Of a DNA stretch of 32,000 nucleotides, positions 29,853-32,000 are shown in pieces. The notes below the pieces were generated by a model. The model saw only the letters and a list, made by a program, of their open reading frames with translations. It made no database searches and was not told where the DNA came from. How positions within the stretch are numbered: position 1 is the first letter of the stretch; each line of letters opens with the position of its first letter. The stretch comes from Mycolicibacterium smegmatis. Lineage in GTDB: Bacteria; Actinomycetota; Actinomycetes; Mycobacteriales; Mycobacteriaceae. A program made the position numbers and the translations under genes. The DNA lies in contig NZ_LN831039.1 in assembly GCF_001457595.1 (NCBI RefSeq), positions 4,800,001 through 4,832,000 on the forward strand, in the 5' to 3' direction.

Positions 29853-32000
29853 TTGACTCAAAATTGTGTTGCTCCTGTTGCCATCATCGGAATGGCTTGC
29901 AGACTTCCTGGAGCAATCAACTCGCCACAGCAGCTATGGGAGGCTCTCCTCCGTGGCGATGACTTCGTCACCGAGATTCCCACCGGCCGGTGGGACGCCG
30001 AGGAGTACTACGACCCCGAGCCAGGGGTGCCCGGCCGCTCCGTGTCGAAGTGGGGTGCCTTCCTCGACGACCCGGCCGCGTTCGACCCGGAGTTCTTCGG
30101 CATCACCGAGCGCGAGGCCGCCGCGATCGACCCGCAGCACCGGCTGCTGCTGGAGACCGCGTGGGAGGCCGTCGAGCACTCCGGCCTGAACCCCGCCGGT
30201 CTCGCCGGATCGGCCACCGGCGTCTTCATGGGCCTGACCCACAACGACTACGCACACCTTGCTGCCGACGCCAAGGCACTGGAGGGTCCGTACGGCTTCA
30301 CCGGCACCAGCTTCAGCCTCGCCTCCGGCCGCATCGCCTACGCACTCGGCGTGCACGGCCCCGCCATCACGGTCGACACGGCGTGCTCGTCCAGCCTCAG
30401 CGCCATCCACATGGCCTGCCGCAGCCTGCACAACGGTGAGAGCGACGTCGCGCTGGCCGGCGGTGTGTCGGTGCTGCTGGAACCGCGCAAGGCCGCTGGC
30501 GGCTCGGCCGCAGGCATGCTGTCCCCGACCGGCCACTGCCACGCGTTCGACACCGCGGCCGACGGCTTCGTCTCGGCCGAGGGCTGCGTGGTGCTGACCC
30601 TCAAGCGACTCGACGACGCCGTCGCAGACGGCGATCGGATCCTCGCCGTCATCCGCGGCACCGCCACCAACCAGGACGGCCGCACGGTCAACATCGCGAC
30701 GCCGTCGGCCGATGCGCAGGCCAAGGTCTACCGCATGGCGCTGAAAGCGGCCGGCGTCGAACCCGGCACCGTCGGCCTCGTCGAGGCCCACGGCACCGGC
30801 ACGCCCGTCGGCGACCCGCTCGAGTTCTCCAGCCTGGCCGAGGTGTACGGCACAGACGGTCCCTGTGCGTTGGGCTCGATCAAGACCAATTTCGGTCACA
30901 CGCAGTCCGCGGCGGGCGCGCTCGGCGTCATGAAGGCCGTACTTGCGCTGCAGCACAACGTCATTCCGCAGAACCTGCACTTCACCCGCCTGCCCGACCA
31001 GATGGCCGAGATCGAGACGGGCCTGTTCGTCCCCGAGACCATCACGCCGTGGCCGGTCCGGGAGGGCCAGCCCCGCCGCGCCGCGGTCTCCGCGTACGGC
31101 CTGTCCGGCACCAACGTGCACGCGGTCCTCGAGCAGGCGCCTGAGAGCCCGGCCGAGACTGCCGCAGAGGCGATTTCACCCAAGGCCGGCAACGCGCTGG
31201 TGTTCCCGGTGTCCGCCAGCTCCGCCGATGCGCTGCGCTCGACGGCACAGCACCTTGCCGACTGGCTGCTGCGAAGCGGGGACGGCAACGGTCGCGGACC
31301 CGCGATCGATCTCGGCGACCTCGCGTACACACTGGCCCGCAGGCGCGGGTTCCGTGCTGCCCGTTCGGCTGTGCTCGCAGGCGACCGCGGCACGCTGGTC
31401 GAGGGGCTGCGGCAGATCGCCGACGGTGAGGCGATGCCACAACATGCCGTGACCAACGACGACCGTGGGCCGGTGTGGGTGTTCTCCGGGCAGGGTTCGC
31501 AGTGGGCCTCGATGGGCGCCGAACTGCTCGACCGGGAACAGGCTTTCGCGGCCGCCATCGCCGAACTGGAACCGCTCATCGCGGCCGAGTCCGACTTCTC
31601 CGTCACCGAGGCCCTGACGGCCTCGGAGACCGTCACCGGCATCGACCGGGTGCAGCCCACCATCTTCGCGGTCCAGGTCGCGCTGGCCGCGGCCATGCGT
31701 TCGCACGGCGTCGTGCCCGGCGCGGTCATCGGTCACTCGATGGGCGAGGTTGCCGCCTCGGTCGTCTCGGGCGCACTCTCACTCGAAGACGGCGTGAAGG
31801 TCATCTGCCGCCGCACGCGCCTGATGACCCGCATCGCGGGCTCGGGCGCCATGGCGATGGTGGAACTCCCAGCCCAGCAGGTGCTTTCCGAACTCGCCAG
31901 CCGCGGCGTCGATGACGTCGTGCTGTCGGTGGTCGCCTCACCGCAGTCGACCGTGGTCGGCGGCGCGACCGCCTCGGTGCGCGAACTGATCGAGATGTGG
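29853..32000 (+). CDS. pks5: Type I polyketide synthase, Mas/Pks5-like; 5' part only (KS and start of AT), continues beyond the window
   Basis: Absent from the ORF track because it has no stop in-window. From TTG 29853 (GGGGAAG upstream) it reads [61 protein letters not shown]... In-frame alternatives are GTG 29811 and ATG 29790. The symbol rests on my recollection of the M. smegmatis orn/tRNA-His/pks5 order and is not verified. Confidence 0.9.
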   Translation, partial: MTQNCVAPVAIIGMACRLPGAINSPQQLWEALLRGDDFVTEIPTGRWDAEEYYDPEPGVPGRSVSKWGAFLDDPAAFDPEFFGITEREAAAIDPQHRLLLETAWEAVEHSGLNPAGLAGSATGVFMGLTHNDYAHLAADAKALEGPYGFTGTSFSLASGRIAYALGVHGPAITVDTACSSSLSAIHMACRSLHNGESDVALAGGVSVLLEPRKAAGGSAAGMLSPTGHCHAFDTAADGFVSAEGCVVLTLKRLDDAVADGDRILAVIRGTATNQDGRTVNIATPSADAQAKVYRMALKAAGVEPGTVGLVEAHGTGTPVGDPLEFSSLAEVYGTDGPCALGSIKTNFGHTQSAAGALGVMKAVLALQHNVIPQNLHFTRLPDQMAEIETGLFVPETITPWPVREGQPRRAAVSAYGLSGTNVHAVLEQAPESPAETAAEAISPKAGNALVFPVSASSADALRSTAQHLADWLLRSGDGNGRGPAIDLGDLAYTLARRRGFRAARSAVLAGDRGTLVEGLRQIADGEAMPQHAVTNDDRGPVWVFSGQGSQWASMGAELLDREQAFAAAIAELEPLIAAESDFSVTEALTASETVTGIDRVQPTIFAVQVALAAAMRSHGVVPGAVIGHSMGEVAASVVSGALSLEDGVKVICRRTRLMTRIAGSGAMAMVELPAQQVLSELASRGVDDVVLSVVASPQSTVVGGATASVRELIEMW
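29877..31139 (+). other. Ketosynthase (KS) domain of the PKS
   Basis: [12 protein letters not shown] ... active-site DTACSSS (Cys codon 30384-30386) ... EAHGTGT ... KTNFGHT ... [11 protein letters not shown]. Confidence 0.9.
31470..32000 (+). other. Acyltransferase (AT) domain of the PKS, partial
   Basis: [12 protein letters not shown] ... [19 protein letters not shown] ... GHSMGE (Ser codon 31737-31739). The specificity motif lies beyond the window. Confidence 0.85.

Noticed and set aside
29235-29962. Small ORFs 29235-29441, 29266-29469, 29329-29619 (-) and 29726-29962 (TTG start, overlapping the pks start out of frame).
   Set aside because: They have biased Arg/Pro/Ser composition, no Shine-Dalgarno and no motif. 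They lie in a region whose composition argues for non-coding DNA.

Overview
High-GC actinobacterial chromosome, almost certainly a fast-growing Mycobacterium/Mycolicibacterium. The gene order is the one I recall for M. smegmatis, and the segment 2684..28636 is collinear with M. tuberculosis Rv2482c-Rv2511. I cannot confirm this without a database search. I support 24 protein genes, 2 tRNAs and several regulatory or structural sites.

Gene content, in order:
- an SsbB-type ssb paralog, truncated at the window edge
- a CopD/CtaG fusion membrane protein
- a translationally coupled glycerolipid operon on the minus strand: WS/DGAT -> HAD-PlsC fusion -> PlsB
- tRNA-Arg(UCU)
- an alpha/beta hydrolase and a SAM methyltransferase
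- echA14
- the branched-chain keto-acid dehydrogenase genes bkdABC
- a gap-free six-gene leucine-catabolic string, accD1-accA1-fadE19-maoC-citE, with its divergent TetR regulator (BkaR-like)
- an S9 peptidase
- a Pro-rich MmpS-like protein
- an MFS transporter
- an SDR
- a HerA-like (DUF853) ATPase divergent from orn
- tRNA-His with a strong terminator
- about 1.2 kb with no credible gene
- the 5' end (KS and AT domains) of a Mas/Pks5-like type I PKS that runs off the window

I found no CRISPR array, IS element, integrase or recognisable defence or toxin module. This is mostly core metabolism, and I cannot defend a claim of a brand-new multi-gene system.

The items most worth a second look:
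1. The unexplained tRNA-His-to-pks interval. It has a GC-rich part with codon-like periodicity that changes phase, followed by an AT-rich, palindrome-bearing upstream region.
2. The sharply atypical A/T-ending codons in the first 36 codons of the PKS.
3. Tandem 16-bp operator-like sites in the accD1/TetR spacer.
4. The possibility that the HAD domain of the PlsC fusion completes a Kennedy pathway within one operon.
5. A 43-bp divergent spacer whose two -10 hexamers are spaced for two leaderless mRNAs.

Many long ORFs in the supplied track are antisense or out-of-frame shadows typical of high-GC DNA, and I rejected them.
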